A stretch of DNA of 64,000 nucleotides from a virus: positions 16,763 through 80,762 of IMG/VR virus record IMGVR_UViG_3300032323_001070. One strand, given 5' to 3'. A program made the position numbers and the translations under genes. A model generated the notes under the pieces. The model did no database searches, had not been told where the DNA came from, and saw nothing but the letters and a program-made list of their open reading frames with translations. This document shows positions 28,903 through 38,198 of the stretch, piece by piece. The first letter of the stretch is position 1. Each line of letters begins with the position of its first letter.

Positions 28903-29454
28903 ATGAAAACTTTTAAAGAATATCTTACCGAAAGCAAAAAGACCTACCCGTTCCGTATCAAGGTAGCAGGCGAACTGCCTGAAGGTTTTGCTAAAAAAGT
29001 CAAAGAATATCTAGGATATTGCAGAGCTAATTTGATTGAAAAATCAAAAACTCCGATACAGGCACAACCTCTGGATTTTCCAGAATTAAGTAATATGGAA
29101 GTGCATGTGTTTGAAGTAGTATGCGAGTATCCAACTACTGCTCCTCAGATACTTGAAAGAATTAAATGCCTAGTTCCTGAAAGTCATTTACGAGTAAGAA
29201 ACGGCGGTGATCCAGGCGAAGCAGAACACGCAGGATTTAATCTAGAAGGTTCGGGTGAATCTATTCTAGAAGAGCCAGAGTATAATGATAAAGTCAAAGC
29301 CAAAGATTATTTCGGCGATGATTTTAATAAAGGTTTCTTAAAAGACCTTTCCAAGTCGTCTAAAGAACGCAAAAAGGAAGGCGTTAATACAGAATACAAA
29401 TTACCAAAATCAAAAGAAGATAAAACTGGCGTTAAGAGCGCCATAGGGAGTTAA
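28903..29454 (+). CDS. putative head-internal protein with a CTS-like N-terminus
   Basis: MKTFKEYLTE resembles T4 internal-protein capsid targeting sequences. Confidence 0.6.
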   Translation: MKTFKEYLTESKKTYPFRIKVAGELPEGFAKKVKEYLGYCRANLIEKSKTPIQAQPLDFPELSNMEVHVFEVVCEYPTTAPQILERIKCLVPESHLRVRNGGDPGEAEHAGFNLEGSGESILEEPEYNDKVKAKDYFGDDFNKGFLKDLSKSSKERKKEGVNTEYKLPKSKEDKTGVKSAIGS

Positions 29455-29457
29455 TAA

Positions 29458-30165
29458 ATGGATTTCAATCAATTACTAGCAAGAATGCAGGAACTAGATC
29501 GTCCTGTGGCCGAGACAGTACCTGCTGCTGAGAATTGCGGCGGGCCAATGAGCATGCCACCGAGTCCATCTACTCCACCGGTTACACCACCAAGCATGAG
29601 TGTTAACTTAAATGCTCAAGGTATGGACAACATCGAAGATTTACTAAAGTTAATTACTAAAGTTAATCCAGATATGGGCAAACCTGAATTACCACCTTTG
29701 CCTAGTTTAAGTATGCCACCTAGCATCACTTCAATCAAACCTGCAATGCCACCATTGAAAATGTTACCCGACATGGACGGAGACAACGACGATAAGCCAG
29801 GTGGTGAAATGGATGCTGACTACAACGACGACGGCAAGTTAGATCGACATGAGAAAGATCATGCTGACGAAAAACCTTTATTAAAAACTCTAGATAAAGA
29901 TAAAGATGGCGATCATGATATGGACGATCATGATCTAGAAAAGAAGAAAGAAGGGTTCCAGGACGCTACTACAGAACCTAATCCTGAATACCAAGACACT
30001 GACTATATGGTGAACAAATTGGCAGGCGGAATGAACGGTCCTAAAAAAATGTACAAACACAGCTATAAGCAAGGTGATAATCCAATGGCAATGGAAGGTG
30101 AAGAACTACGTGCTTGGGTTAAATCTGAACTAAAACAACGGCTAGAAGAAGTCAAATCTAGGTAA
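29458..30165 (+). CDS. acidic Pro-rich protein with DxDxDG motifs (putative scaffold/internal protein)
   Basis: DMDGDND, DYNDDGK, DKDKDGD motifs and a Pro-rich linker. Confidence 0.6.
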   Translation: MDFNQLLARMQELDRPVAETVPAAENCGGPMSMPPSPSTPPVTPPSMSVNLNAQGMDNIEDLLKLITKVNPDMGKPELPPLPSLSMPPSITSIKPAMPPLKMLPDMDGDNDDKPGGEMDADYNDDGKLDRHEKDHADEKPLLKTLDKDKDGDHDMDDHDLEKKKEGFQDATTEPNPEYQDTDYMVNKLAGGMNGPKKMYKHSYKQGDNPMAMEGEELRAWVKSELKQRLEEVKSR

Positions 30166-30180
30166 ATCAATTTAGCAATC

Positions 30181-30208
30181 AAATAGGCTCTACGGAGCCT
30201 ATTTTTTT
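30181..30208 (+). terminator. rho-independent terminator
   Basis: AAATAGGCTC-TACG-GAGCCTATTT followed by a T-run. Confidence 0.85.
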
Positions 30209-30222
30209 CAGTAAATACTCGT

Positions 30223-31809
30223 ATGGCAAAATCACTAGACGGTAACCTAATCAAGAAGGCACACAAGCCTGAACGATACACATTAGAAGAAGTTAAGCAT
30301 CTCGAAGCATGTATGGATCCAGTTACGGGTCCTTTATATTTCTGCAAAAACTTTTTAAAGATTCAGCACCCTGTTCGCGGTGCTATTAAGTTTGAGCCTT
30401 ATGAATATCAAGAACGACTAATAGATGCATATCACAATAACAAACAATGTATTGCTATGCTACCCCGTCAGATGGGTAAAACGACCTGTGCCACAGGTTA
30501 TCTATTATGGTACACGATGTTTGTACCAGAAGCACAGGTCCTGATCGCTGCTCACAAAATGGAAGGTGCACAGGATATCATGAATCGTTATCGATTCGGT
30601 TACGAAAACCTTCCAGACTTTATACGTGCTGGTGTATATTCATATAACAGAAATACAATTGAATACGATAACGGAGCACGTATCCAAGCAGTGACAACTA
30701 CGGAAAATACAGGTCGTGGTAAATCTCTTTCTCTAATTTATTGTGATGAGTTTGCATTCGTACAACCACCAGAGAAAGCCAAAGAGTTCTGGACTGCACT
30801 ATCGCCAACATTGTCAACAGGCGGTAAGTGTATTATTACATCAACACCAAACTCGGACGAAGACCAGTTCGCTTTGATATGGACTGAAGCTAATAAAAAG
30901 TTTGATGAATACGGCAACGAAAGCAAGTTAGGAACCAACGGATTCTATAGCTACTTCGCACACTGGAGTGAACATCCAGATCGTGACGAAACATGGGCTA
31001 AGATTGAACGTGCAAAAATTGGTGAAGAACGTTTCCGCAGAGAATTCGATTGCGAATTCTTAATCTTCGACGAAACTCTAATCAACGCAGTAAAGTTAAC
31101 AGAACTTGCAGGAATTGATCCAATAATGACTATGGGTCAAACTCGTTGGTACAAAGATATAGACCCTAAGGCTACATATCTAGTATCACTTGATCCTAGC
31201 CTAGGTACAGGTGGCGACTACGGTGCTATTCAAGTGTTCGAAATGCCCACTATGGAACAGGTCGCAGAATGGCGTCATAATCTAACACCTATTCAGCAGC
31301 AGGTTAAACACATGCGAGAAATACTGCGATACATTAACGATCGTGGCCAGGAAAAAGGCGGAACTCCTCAGATATACTATTCAGTAGAAAATAACACCCT
31401 AGGTGAAGCTGCATTGATTGTTATCAGTGATATCGGCGAAGAAAACTTCCACGGACTGTTCTTAAGCGAACCTATACGTAAAGGGCATGTTCGTAAGTTC
31501 CGCAAAGGATTTAATACCACACACCGTACTAAGATCACAGCCTGTAGTCAACTAAAAAACATGATCGAAACCCACAAAATGGTATTGAAATCAAAGCCCT
31601 TGATTTCTGAGCTCAAGACCTTTGTAGCGCACGGTGTAGGGTTTGGAGCTAAAACAGGCGAGCATGATGACCTAGTAAGTGCAACTCTATTGATCATACG
31701 TATGGCAGATGTTTTGGCAGATTGGGATCCTAAGATTTACGAAAAAATGACGGAAAAAATCACGGAAGAACAAATGCCAATGCCAATATTCATTAGTACA
31801 GGTTTTTGA
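30223..31809 (+). CDS. gp17: terminase large subunit
   Basis: PRQMGKT Walker A, LIYCDEFAFV Walker B, TSTPN, nuclease DPSLG..DY..HDDLV. Confidence 0.95.
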   Translation: MAKSLDGNLIKKAHKPERYTLEEVKHLEACMDPVTGPLYFCKNFLKIQHPVRGAIKFEPYEYQERLIDAYHNNKQCIAMLPRQMGKTTCATGYLLWYTMFVPEAQVLIAAHKMEGAQDIMNRYRFGYENLPDFIRAGVYSYNRNTIEYDNGARIQAVTTTENTGRGKSLSLIYCDEFAFVQPPEKAKEFWTALSPTLSTGGKCIITSTPNSDEDQFALIWTEANKKFDEYGNESKLGTNGFYSYFAHWSEHPDRDETWAKIERAKIGEERFRREFDCEFLIFDETLINAVKLTELAGIDPIMTMGQTRWYKDIDPKATYLVSLDPSLGTGGDYGAIQVFEMPTMEQVAEWRHNLTPIQQQVKHMREILRYINDRGQEKGGTPQIYYSVENNTLGEAALIVISDIGEENFHGLFLSEPIRKGHVRKFRKGFNTTHRTKITACSQLKNMIETHKMVLKSKPLISELKTFVAHGVGFGAKTGEHDDLVSATLLIIRMADVLADWDPKIYEKMTEKITEEQMPMPIFISTGF

Positions 31810-31820
31810 TAAATATAACT

Positions 31821-33905
31821 ATGGACGCAAGAAATAACATTTCAACTGATTTATTCTACAAAATTCGTAGCCGCTTCTCTGGCCTTAAATTAGGGGGAGA
31901 AGACGGTGCTATTACTATCAATCCAGAAGACGCTAGATTCTTCGACTTTGATTATATGGAGGGAGAAACTCCGTTAGGACATGTCAGCATTAGTTTAGCT
32001 GAACCCAATTCTATGAAAGTTTATTTCAGTACAGGAATCACTGAATCAATGGAAGAGTCTCAAAAAGACAATTGGTACGGTTTCCTTAGAGAACTGAGAC
32101 AGTTTGCTAAAAAGCGTCTAATGGCGTTCGATACCCGAGACATTACTAAAGACAATCTTGATAAAAGAGATTATCAATTTTTAAGTCAAAATGCTCAACC
32201 TAAACCAGAAACGTCAGCGAATATTATACAAAAACCAGTCGGAGAAAGTGTTATGAGTGAAAGCGCAATGTACGGTACAAAGACCGTCAGCTATCAAAAA
32301 TTAATGGATACACGTTTGATTATTAAGCATAGTCAAGCACTAGTAGACGATACACAGCCAGGTGCAAGAACTCGTCATATCTCTGCATTATTTGTAGAAA
32401 ACCAAGACGGTGAAAGATTTAAATATCCATTCATCCATTTAGCAGGTGCTCGTGCTATGCAACGACATGTGGCCAATGGCGGATTACCGTATGATGATCT
32501 CGGTAAGAGTATTATCACTATGAGCGAAGAAATCGCTCAACTAAAAAGTTTTTCAAACTATGTTGTTCGTAACGATCTAATGAACTCAGATACTAACGGC
32601 ATCGTTGAAAGAAGCTCACAGGCATTAAACAGTTTACGTGAACAAATCAAAGCATTGGCAAAACAAGGTCATTATGAGGCTTACAAAGAAAGTTTCCAGG
32701 CACGTGAACAGGTAGAAATTCCACAAGACGTAGTAGAAGATTTTAAAGAAAAATTCACTGTAAGAAATTTTAAAGAAGATATTAAATCTGTTTTCCCTGT
32801 ACTGTACAGATTAATGCAAGAAGAAAATACCTTAGGCTATGACGACATAGTCGCAATGACTTCACATCAGGACGAAGAGCAATTTAATGACGATGTAGAA
32901 GTTTCTGAACAAATAGATGATTTTGAAAAATTTGAATCATGGGTAATGGGACTAGGTGAAGAAAGTGCTATTGCCAGCCAAGATCAAGAAGAACAAGCAG
33001 AGGCTATCAAACAATTACAGGAATTAGTCGGCGAACATTTCCCAGCAGGTGTAGACGGCAGCAATGCTATTGAAAGCCTTAAAGGTCTTATTGACGATCC
33101 AGAATTGTTTAAACAAATCAAAGATCAAGCCAAAGAAGATCCAGACAGTTGTGTTCGACCACTAGTAAAACAATGGCTAGAAGATAATGCTCCAGACGTA
33201 GTAAGCAAGTTAGATTTTGGAGATATGACAGAGCCAGGTCAAGAAGAACCAGAAGCAGGTGCAGAAGAAGTTCCTGCAGATCAAGCTGCTGCAGAAGTTC
33301 CTGCAGAAGAACCAGTAACACAAGGTGACGACAACGAAGAAGGCAGAGAAGGCCGAGGTAGAATGAATGTTAAAGAACTTGCTGAATTTATTACCTCGTT
33401 CTATGACAAAGATTCAGGCACATTCCCTAAAGGACCAGAAGGCGTTTGCACTATGGTAGGCAAGAAGTTTGGTGAACAGGCAGAACAAGTTGCTCGTAAA
33501 TTTGTAGAAAGAATGGCACCACAACAAACATCTGAAAATAATCCAGAATTAGCAGAATTGGCTCGTATCGGAGAACTAGCAGGTGTTAGCGAAGGCCCGA
33601 TGTGGGACAAAGTGAAAGCATTTGGAAAGGCAGCAGGTGACAAAGTCATGCGCCACGCAGACATAACTGGATATACAAAGGCCAAACAAAATTTTGAAAA
33701 ATGGATCGATTCTCATCCAGAACTAGAACCAGAAAAAGAAAATCTTCTTTCTAAATTTGATGCAGAAGCAGAAGAAGATCCACATACTCCGTGGAACTGG
33801 GGTAAGTATGCACTAGAAAAATGGAAGGAAGAGAAAAAGTCCGGAGCAGTTAATCAAGAATCTAATGACGAATTATCAAGAGTAAAAGCGTTAGCAGGCA
33901 TGTAA
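31821..33905 (+). CDS. large acidic hypothetical virion protein
   Basis: Start MDARNN lies 5 nt after TAAATA; repeated ELxRxxxLAG motif. Confidence 0.7.
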   Translation: MDARNNISTDLFYKIRSRFSGLKLGGEDGAITINPEDARFFDFDYMEGETPLGHVSISLAEPNSMKVYFSTGITESMEESQKDNWYGFLRELRQFAKKRLMAFDTRDITKDNLDKRDYQFLSQNAQPKPETSANIIQKPVGESVMSESAMYGTKTVSYQKLMDTRLIIKHSQALVDDTQPGARTRHISALFVENQDGERFKYPFIHLAGARAMQRHVANGGLPYDDLGKSIITMSEEIAQLKSFSNYVVRNDLMNSDTNGIVERSSQALNSLREQIKALAKQGHYEAYKESFQAREQVEIPQDVVEDFKEKFTVRNFKEDIKSVFPVLYRLMQEENTLGYDDIVAMTSHQDEEQFNDDVEVSEQIDDFEKFESWVMGLGEESAIASQDQEEQAEAIKQLQELVGEHFPAGVDGSNAIESLKGLIDDPELFKQIKDQAKEDPDSCVRPLVKQWLEDNAPDVVSKLDFGDMTEPGQEEPEAGAEEVPADQAAAEVPAEEPVTQGDDNEEGREGRGRMNVKELAEFITSFYDKDSGTFPKGPEGVCTMVGKKFGEQAEQVARKFVERMAPQQTSENNPELAELARIGELAGVSEGPMWDKVKAFGKAAGDKVMRHADITGYTKAKQNFEKWIDSHPELEPEKENLLSKFDAEAEEDPHTPWNWGKYALEKWKEEKKSGAVNQESNDELSRVKALAGM

Positions 33906-33928
33906 AAATTAATTACATATTAAAGATT

Positions 33929-33952
33929 GGGCACTTCGGTGCCCTTTCTTTT
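33929..33952 (+). terminator. rho-independent terminator (UUCG loop)
   Basis: GGGCAC-TTCG-GTGCCC followed by TTTCTTTT. Confidence 0.88.
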
Positions 33953-34051
33953 GTCAGTTTTACCAAATCATGTTAACCACTATCTGTTCCTTTGCGTTAT
34001 ATATATAGTTGTCGAATTTCTCGACAACAATAACAAAATGGAGATTTTCAT

Positions 34052-34243
34052 ATGAAATCAATCGTTGCATTAACCGCTGCTCTTTTCGCAGCCACAACAG
34101 CATTTGCACAAGCACCTGCTAAGAAAGAAGAAGCCAAACCAGCTGCACCTGCTGCCGCTGCACCGGCTAAGGATGCTAAGGCTGCTCCAGCACCTGCTGC
34201 TCCTGCTAAGAAAGAAGAAAAGAAAGACGCAGCTAAGAAGTAA
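34052..34243 (+). CDS. small secreted Ala/Lys/Pro-rich protein
   Basis: Sec signal MKSIVALTAALFAATTAFA-Q, low-complexity mature part, SD GGAG. Confidence 0.8.
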   Translation: MKSIVALTAALFAATTAFAQAPAKKEEAKPAAPAAAAPAKDAKAAPAPAAPAKKEEKKDAAKK

Positions 34244-34252
34244 TGAGCGATT

Positions 34253-34282
34253 GAAAGGGCTCTTTTTAGAGCCTTTTCTTTT
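34253..34282 (+). terminator. rho-independent terminator
   Basis: AAAGGGCTCT-TTTT-AGAGCCTTTT followed by CTTTT. Confidence 0.75.
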
Positions 34283-34317
34283 GGCAAAATAATCTATCAC
34301 GTTTGAAAGAAAATAGT

Positions 34318-34346
34318 TTGCTTTTACTAAATAAAAAGCGCATAAT
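34318..34346 (+). promoter_or_regulatory. nested sigma70 and late promoter of the SSB gene
   Basis: TTGCTT-N17-CATAAT with TAAATA (34328-34333) inside the spacer. Confidence 0.65.
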
Positions 34347-34402
34347 ATGTTTATGCGAAAGGCATATAAGTCATTTACACTAAGGCATAAGGAGGCTATA
34401 AA

Positions 34403-35377
34403 ATGGCAACATTAGCAGAAATTCGTGCTAAACTTCAAGAAGCACAAAATAAGAGCACAGGCTCTACATCAAGCGGCGGCGACAACGCAATTTACCCACA
34501 CTGGAATATGCAAGAAGGCAAAGAAGCCGTAGTACGGTTCTTACCTGACGGCAATGCCAATAACACTTTCTTCTGGGTTGAACGAGCAATGATTAAATTG
34601 CCGTTTGCAGGAATCAAAGGCGAAACAGATTCACGTCAAGTACAAGTTCAAGTACCTTGCGTTGAAATGTACAACGATGGTTCAGTATGTCCTATCTTGT
34701 CAGAAGTTCGTGGTTGGTTCAAAGACAAGAGTCTAGAAGACATGGGTCGTAAGTATTGGAAGAAGCGTTCATATATTTTCCAAGGTTTTGTCGTTGAAGA
34801 TCCAATCAAAGAAGATAAGACACCAGAAAATCCTATCCGTAGATTTATCATTGGTCCTCAAATCTATCAATTGATCCGCGGTGCATTAATGGATCCAGAG
34901 TTGGATGAGTTGCCAACTGACTACCTTAAAGGTGTTGACTTTAAGATTGCTAAGACTAGCAAAGGTGGTTTCGCAGACTACTCTACATCAAAGTGGAGCC
35001 GTAGAGAACGTGCTCTAGCAGATGCTGAGCAGGCAGCGATCAATCAATATGGTCTTTTTGATCTGTCTGCATTCTTACCTAAGAAACCTTCAGATATTGA
35101 ACTCAAGGTCATGAAAGAAATGTTCGAAGCGTCTGTTGACGGTGAGGCATATGACATGGATCGCTGGGGTCAATACTTCAAACCCGCAGGTATGGGCTCA
35201 GCCACAGGTGATCCTGTAGCAAAAGCCAAAGCGGTGCCATCATCCGAAGAATACGATGACGAACCTGTAGCAGCACCTGCTCCTGCTCCTAAAGCAGAAG
35301 CTCCGGCAGCAACAGCAGATGGTGCTAGTCGTGCGCAAGACATTCTTGCCAAGATTCGCGCTCGTCAGAGTCAATAA
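34403..35377 (+). CDS. gp32: single-stranded DNA-binding protein
   Basis: VRFLPD, CP, KKRSY, G.DFKI.K..GG.ADYSTS motifs and an acidic tail. Confidence 0.88.
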   Translation: MATLAEIRAKLQEAQNKSTGSTSSGGDNAIYPHWNMQEGKEAVVRFLPDGNANNTFFWVERAMIKLPFAGIKGETDSRQVQVQVPCVEMYNDGSVCPILSEVRGWFKDKSLEDMGRKYWKKRSYIFQGFVVEDPIKEDKTPENPIRRFIIGPQIYQLIRGALMDPELDELPTDYLKGVDFKIAKTSKGGFADYSTSKWSRRERALADAEQAAINQYGLFDLSAFLPKKPSDIELKVMKEMFEASVDGEAYDMDRWGQYFKPAGMGSATGDPVAKAKAVPSSEEYDDEPVAAPAPAPKAEAPAATADGASRAQDILAKIRARQSQ

Positions 35378-35388
35378 TAATAAACAGA

Positions 35389-35414
35389 AGAGTATGGGGT
35401 AATGCCCATACTCT
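35389..35414 (+). terminator. intergenic hairpin (weak terminator or processing site)
   Basis: AGAGTATGGG-GTAATG-CCCATACTCT. Confidence 0.55.
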
Positions 35415-35436
35415 CTTACCATAATAGGAGATTAAG

Positions 35437-35628
35437 ATGGCAAAATTAAGTAAACTAGCAAAGGTAAACGAATCGATTACTATCAATCGCTACGACAATG
35501 GTTGGATGATTGAAATTGGCGGTCGTGACAAAAAAGAAGAATGGAAAACCACTAAGACCATGTGTAACACAGAAGATGAATTAATTGCTGTGATCAAAGA
35601 GTGGAACTCAATGGACCTGGATAACTAA
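35437..35628 (+). CDS. hypothetical protein
   Basis: 63 aa, SD AGGAG. Confidence 0.7.
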   Translation: MAKLSKLAKVNESITINRYDNGWMIEIGGRDKKEEWKTTKTMCNTEDELIAVIKEWNSMDLDN

Positions 35629-35629
35629 T

Positions 35630-36712
35630 ATGGCTAAAGCATTTGATATTTCTAAATTTAGAAAGTCAATTACAAAGTCTATTGAAGGCTTGTCAATTGG
35701 CTTTAACGATCCAACTGATTGGGTGTCAACAGGTAACTACGCACTGAACTATCTTATCAGCGGAGACTTTCATAGGGGAGTTCCTCTGGGCAAAGTCACT
35801 GTATTTGCTGGCGAGAGCGGTGCAGGTAAATCTTATATTTGTTCTGGTAACCTTATCAAGGCAGCACAAGCACAAGGCATTTATCCTATCCTAATTGATA
35901 CAGAAAATGCACTTGATGAAGATTGGCTTAAGGCACTAGGCGTAGACACAGCCGAAGATAAGTTGTTGAAACTTAACATGGCTATGATTGACGATGTAGC
36001 AAAAACTATTACAGAATTTGTTGCAGAATATAAACAGATGCCAGAAGACAGTCGTCCTAAAGTGTTGTTTGTTCTTGACTCACTAGGTATGTTGTTAACT
36101 CCAACAGACGTTAATCAGTTCGAAGCAGGCGATTTAAAAGGTGATATGGGCCGTAAGCCTAAAGCACTAACAGCACTGGTTCGTAACTGTGTGAACATGT
36201 TTGGTTCATTAAACATTGGTCTAGTAGCTACTAATCACACATACGCTTCACAAGATATGTTTGATCCAGATGACAAGATCTCTGGTGGTCAAGGCTTTAT
36301 CTATGCGTCAAGTATCGTGGTAGCGATGAAGAAACTCAAGCTCAAAGAAGACGATGACGGTAACAAGATCACAGAAGTTCGCGGTATCCGTGCGGCTTGT
36401 AAGATCATGAAAACTCGTTATGCTAAACCGTTTGAATCAGTACAAGTGAAGATTCCTTACGAAACAGGTATGAATCCGTATAGCGGACTGGTAGACCTGG
36501 CTGAAGCTAAAGGTATGCTCAAGAAAGAAGGTAACAGTCTTGTATATGTAACTAAAGACGGTGAAATCATCAAGCAGTTCCGCAAGGCTTGGGAGAGAAA
36601 CGAGAATGATGGTTTAGATGCTATCATGAACGATATTTCTAAATATGGCGAAAAAGTCAATTCTGAGATAACTAATAATGATGTTGTATCTGAACCGGAG
36701 AGCGCAGAATGA
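35630..36712 (+). CDS. uvsX: RecA-like recombinase
   Basis: GESGAGKS Walker A, VLDSLG, TNHTY, SGG.G..YASS. Confidence 0.93.
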   Translation: MAKAFDISKFRKSITKSIEGLSIGFNDPTDWVSTGNYALNYLISGDFHRGVPLGKVTVFAGESGAGKSYICSGNLIKAAQAQGIYPILIDTENALDEDWLKALGVDTAEDKLLKLNMAMIDDVAKTITEFVAEYKQMPEDSRPKVLFVLDSLGMLLTPTDVNQFEAGDLKGDMGRKPKALTALVRNCVNMFGSLNIGLVATNHTYASQDMFDPDDKISGGQGFIYASSIVVAMKKLKLKEDDDGNKITEVRGIRAACKIMKTRYAKPFESVQVKIPYETGMNPYSGLVDLAEAKGMLKKEGNSLVYVTKDGEIIKQFRKAWERNENDGLDAIMNDISKYGEKVNSEITNNDVVSEPESAE

Positions 36713-36942
36713 AAGAAGATTTAATTGCCGACTTGTGGAATGTAGTAGTAGAACATATTCCTGAAAAACAAAAGAAAGATGTAGCACATGATTTTGTTAA
36801 CACACTCATGGACTACGGAATCAAAGAGTCGACCGTTGAAAGCCTATTAGGTGTCGATCCTTACCTCGATGAAGCTATTGAATACGTCATTGACGGTGAG
36901 GAAATCCAAGAAGATGAAGATTACTACGAAGACGAAGACTAA
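36709..36942 (+). CDS. small acidic hypothetical protein
   Basis: 77 aa, coupled between uvsX and uvsY. Confidence 0.7.
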   Translation: MKEDLIADLWNVVVEHIPEKQKKDVAHDFVNTLMDYGIKESTVESLLGVDPYLDEAIEYVIDGEEIQEDEDYYEDED

Positions 36943-37397
36943 TGAATTGGTATGATAAAGTTTCGAGGGATATTAGTAACATCCCCGATGCCGTGGCCTA
37001 TTATGAAGCCGAACTGTTAGCGGCAAAACAAGATGTCCGCGTAGCTGGTAACATCGAGAAAGCCTCAGCGCAGATGCCCGGCATCGTTGAAACTAGATTT
37101 AATCAACTTCAGGAAATTGAGGGTATCTTAGAATATCTCAATATCGAACTTCGTCGACTACGTAGTCAGCATTTTCGCAAGTATCTTGAAAACTATCAAC
37201 GCAGCTTGTCCTCTAGAGACTGTGAAAAGTTTGTAGAGGGCGAAGCTGATGTTGTAGACTTTGAAAAGATCATCAACGATTTTGCACTGTTAAGAAACAA
37301 GTGGTTAGGCATTATCAAAGCCTTAGATATCAAACAGTGGCAGTTATCAAATATCGTTAAATTAAGAACTGCTGGCTTAGAAGACGCCACTCTTTAA
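36942..37397 (+). CDS. uvsY: recombination mediator
   Basis: Helical 151-aa ORF, LGIIKALDIKQWQL.N, adjacent to uvsX. Confidence 0.75.
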   Translation: MNWYDKVSRDISNIPDAVAYYEAELLAAKQDVRVAGNIEKASAQMPGIVETRFNQLQEIEGILEYLNIELRRLRSQHFRKYLENYQRSLSSRDCEKFVEGEADVVDFEKIINDFALLRNKWLGIIKALDIKQWQLSNIVKLRTAGLEDATL

Positions 37398-37419
37398 TTA
37401 TACCAGTAAACTGCCCATA

Positions 37420-37425
37420 TAAATA
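37420..37425 (+). promoter_or_regulatory. late promoter of the glycan island
   Basis: TATAAATA, 5 nt before ATG 37431. Confidence 0.7.
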
Positions 37426-37430
37426 AGACT

Positions 37431-38198
37431 ATGAAAATAGTCTTAGTTACAGGTGGGTTTGATCCCATACATTCCGGGCACATTGCCTATTTCAAAGCAG
37501 CACGTTCACTAGGTGATATGCTCCTAGTTGGAATCAATTCTGACGAATGGCTTGTTCGTAAAAAGGGTCGTGCGTTTATGCCCTGGAACGAACGCCTTTG
37601 TATAATCAATAATCTATCAATGGTTGACGAAGTTTATACCTTCGATGACGAAGACGGTTCTGCTAAAGAATTTATTAAACAGGTTCGAGCGCATTATCCA
37701 GATGCAGAATTGATATTTGCCAACGGCGGCGATCGCACTGCAAAAAATATTCCAGAAATGGACGTTGAAGATTCTAATTTAAAATTTGAATTTGGAGTCG
37801 GAGGCGAAGATAAAAAGAATTCTAGCTCATGGATTCTAACTGAATGGAAATCGCCCAAGACTGAAAGAACCTGGGGCTACTATCGTGTATTACACGAAAT
37901 ACCAGGATGTAAAGTCAAAGAACTAACTGTAGATCCTGGTAAGAGCCTAAGCCTGCAACGACATCGAGATAGAACTGAAATATGGTTAGTATCTGAAGGT
38001 CAGTGTATGGTAGAACATCACGGGCATGCCATAGAGACTGACGAATATCTAATACACACCCCTTTAAAGGAACATACTGAGTTTCATATTCCTAGAACTA
38101 AATGGCATAGACTTTTTAATCCGTATGAAACTCCATGCCGGATCGTGGAAATACAATACGGCGATAGATGCGATGAAGAGGATATAGAAAGAAGATGA
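37431..38198 (+). CDS. bifunctional cytidylyltransferase-like / mannose-6-phosphate isomerase (cupin) protein
   Basis: TGGFDPIHSGH (HxGH), FANGGDR, C-terminal WG.Y..L..LSLQRH..EIQYG..EEDIER. Confidence 0.85.
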   Translation: MKIVLVTGGFDPIHSGHIAYFKAARSLGDMLLVGINSDEWLVRKKGRAFMPWNERLCIINNLSMVDEVYTFDDEDGSAKEFIKQVRAHYPDAELIFANGGDRTAKNIPEMDVEDSNLKFEFGVGGEDKKNSSSWILTEWKSPKTERTWGYYRVLHEIPGCKVKELTVDPGKSLSLQRHRDRTEIWLVSEGQCMVEHHGHAIETDEYLIHTPLKEHTEFHIPRTKWHRLFNPYETPCRIVEIQYGDRCDEEDIERR

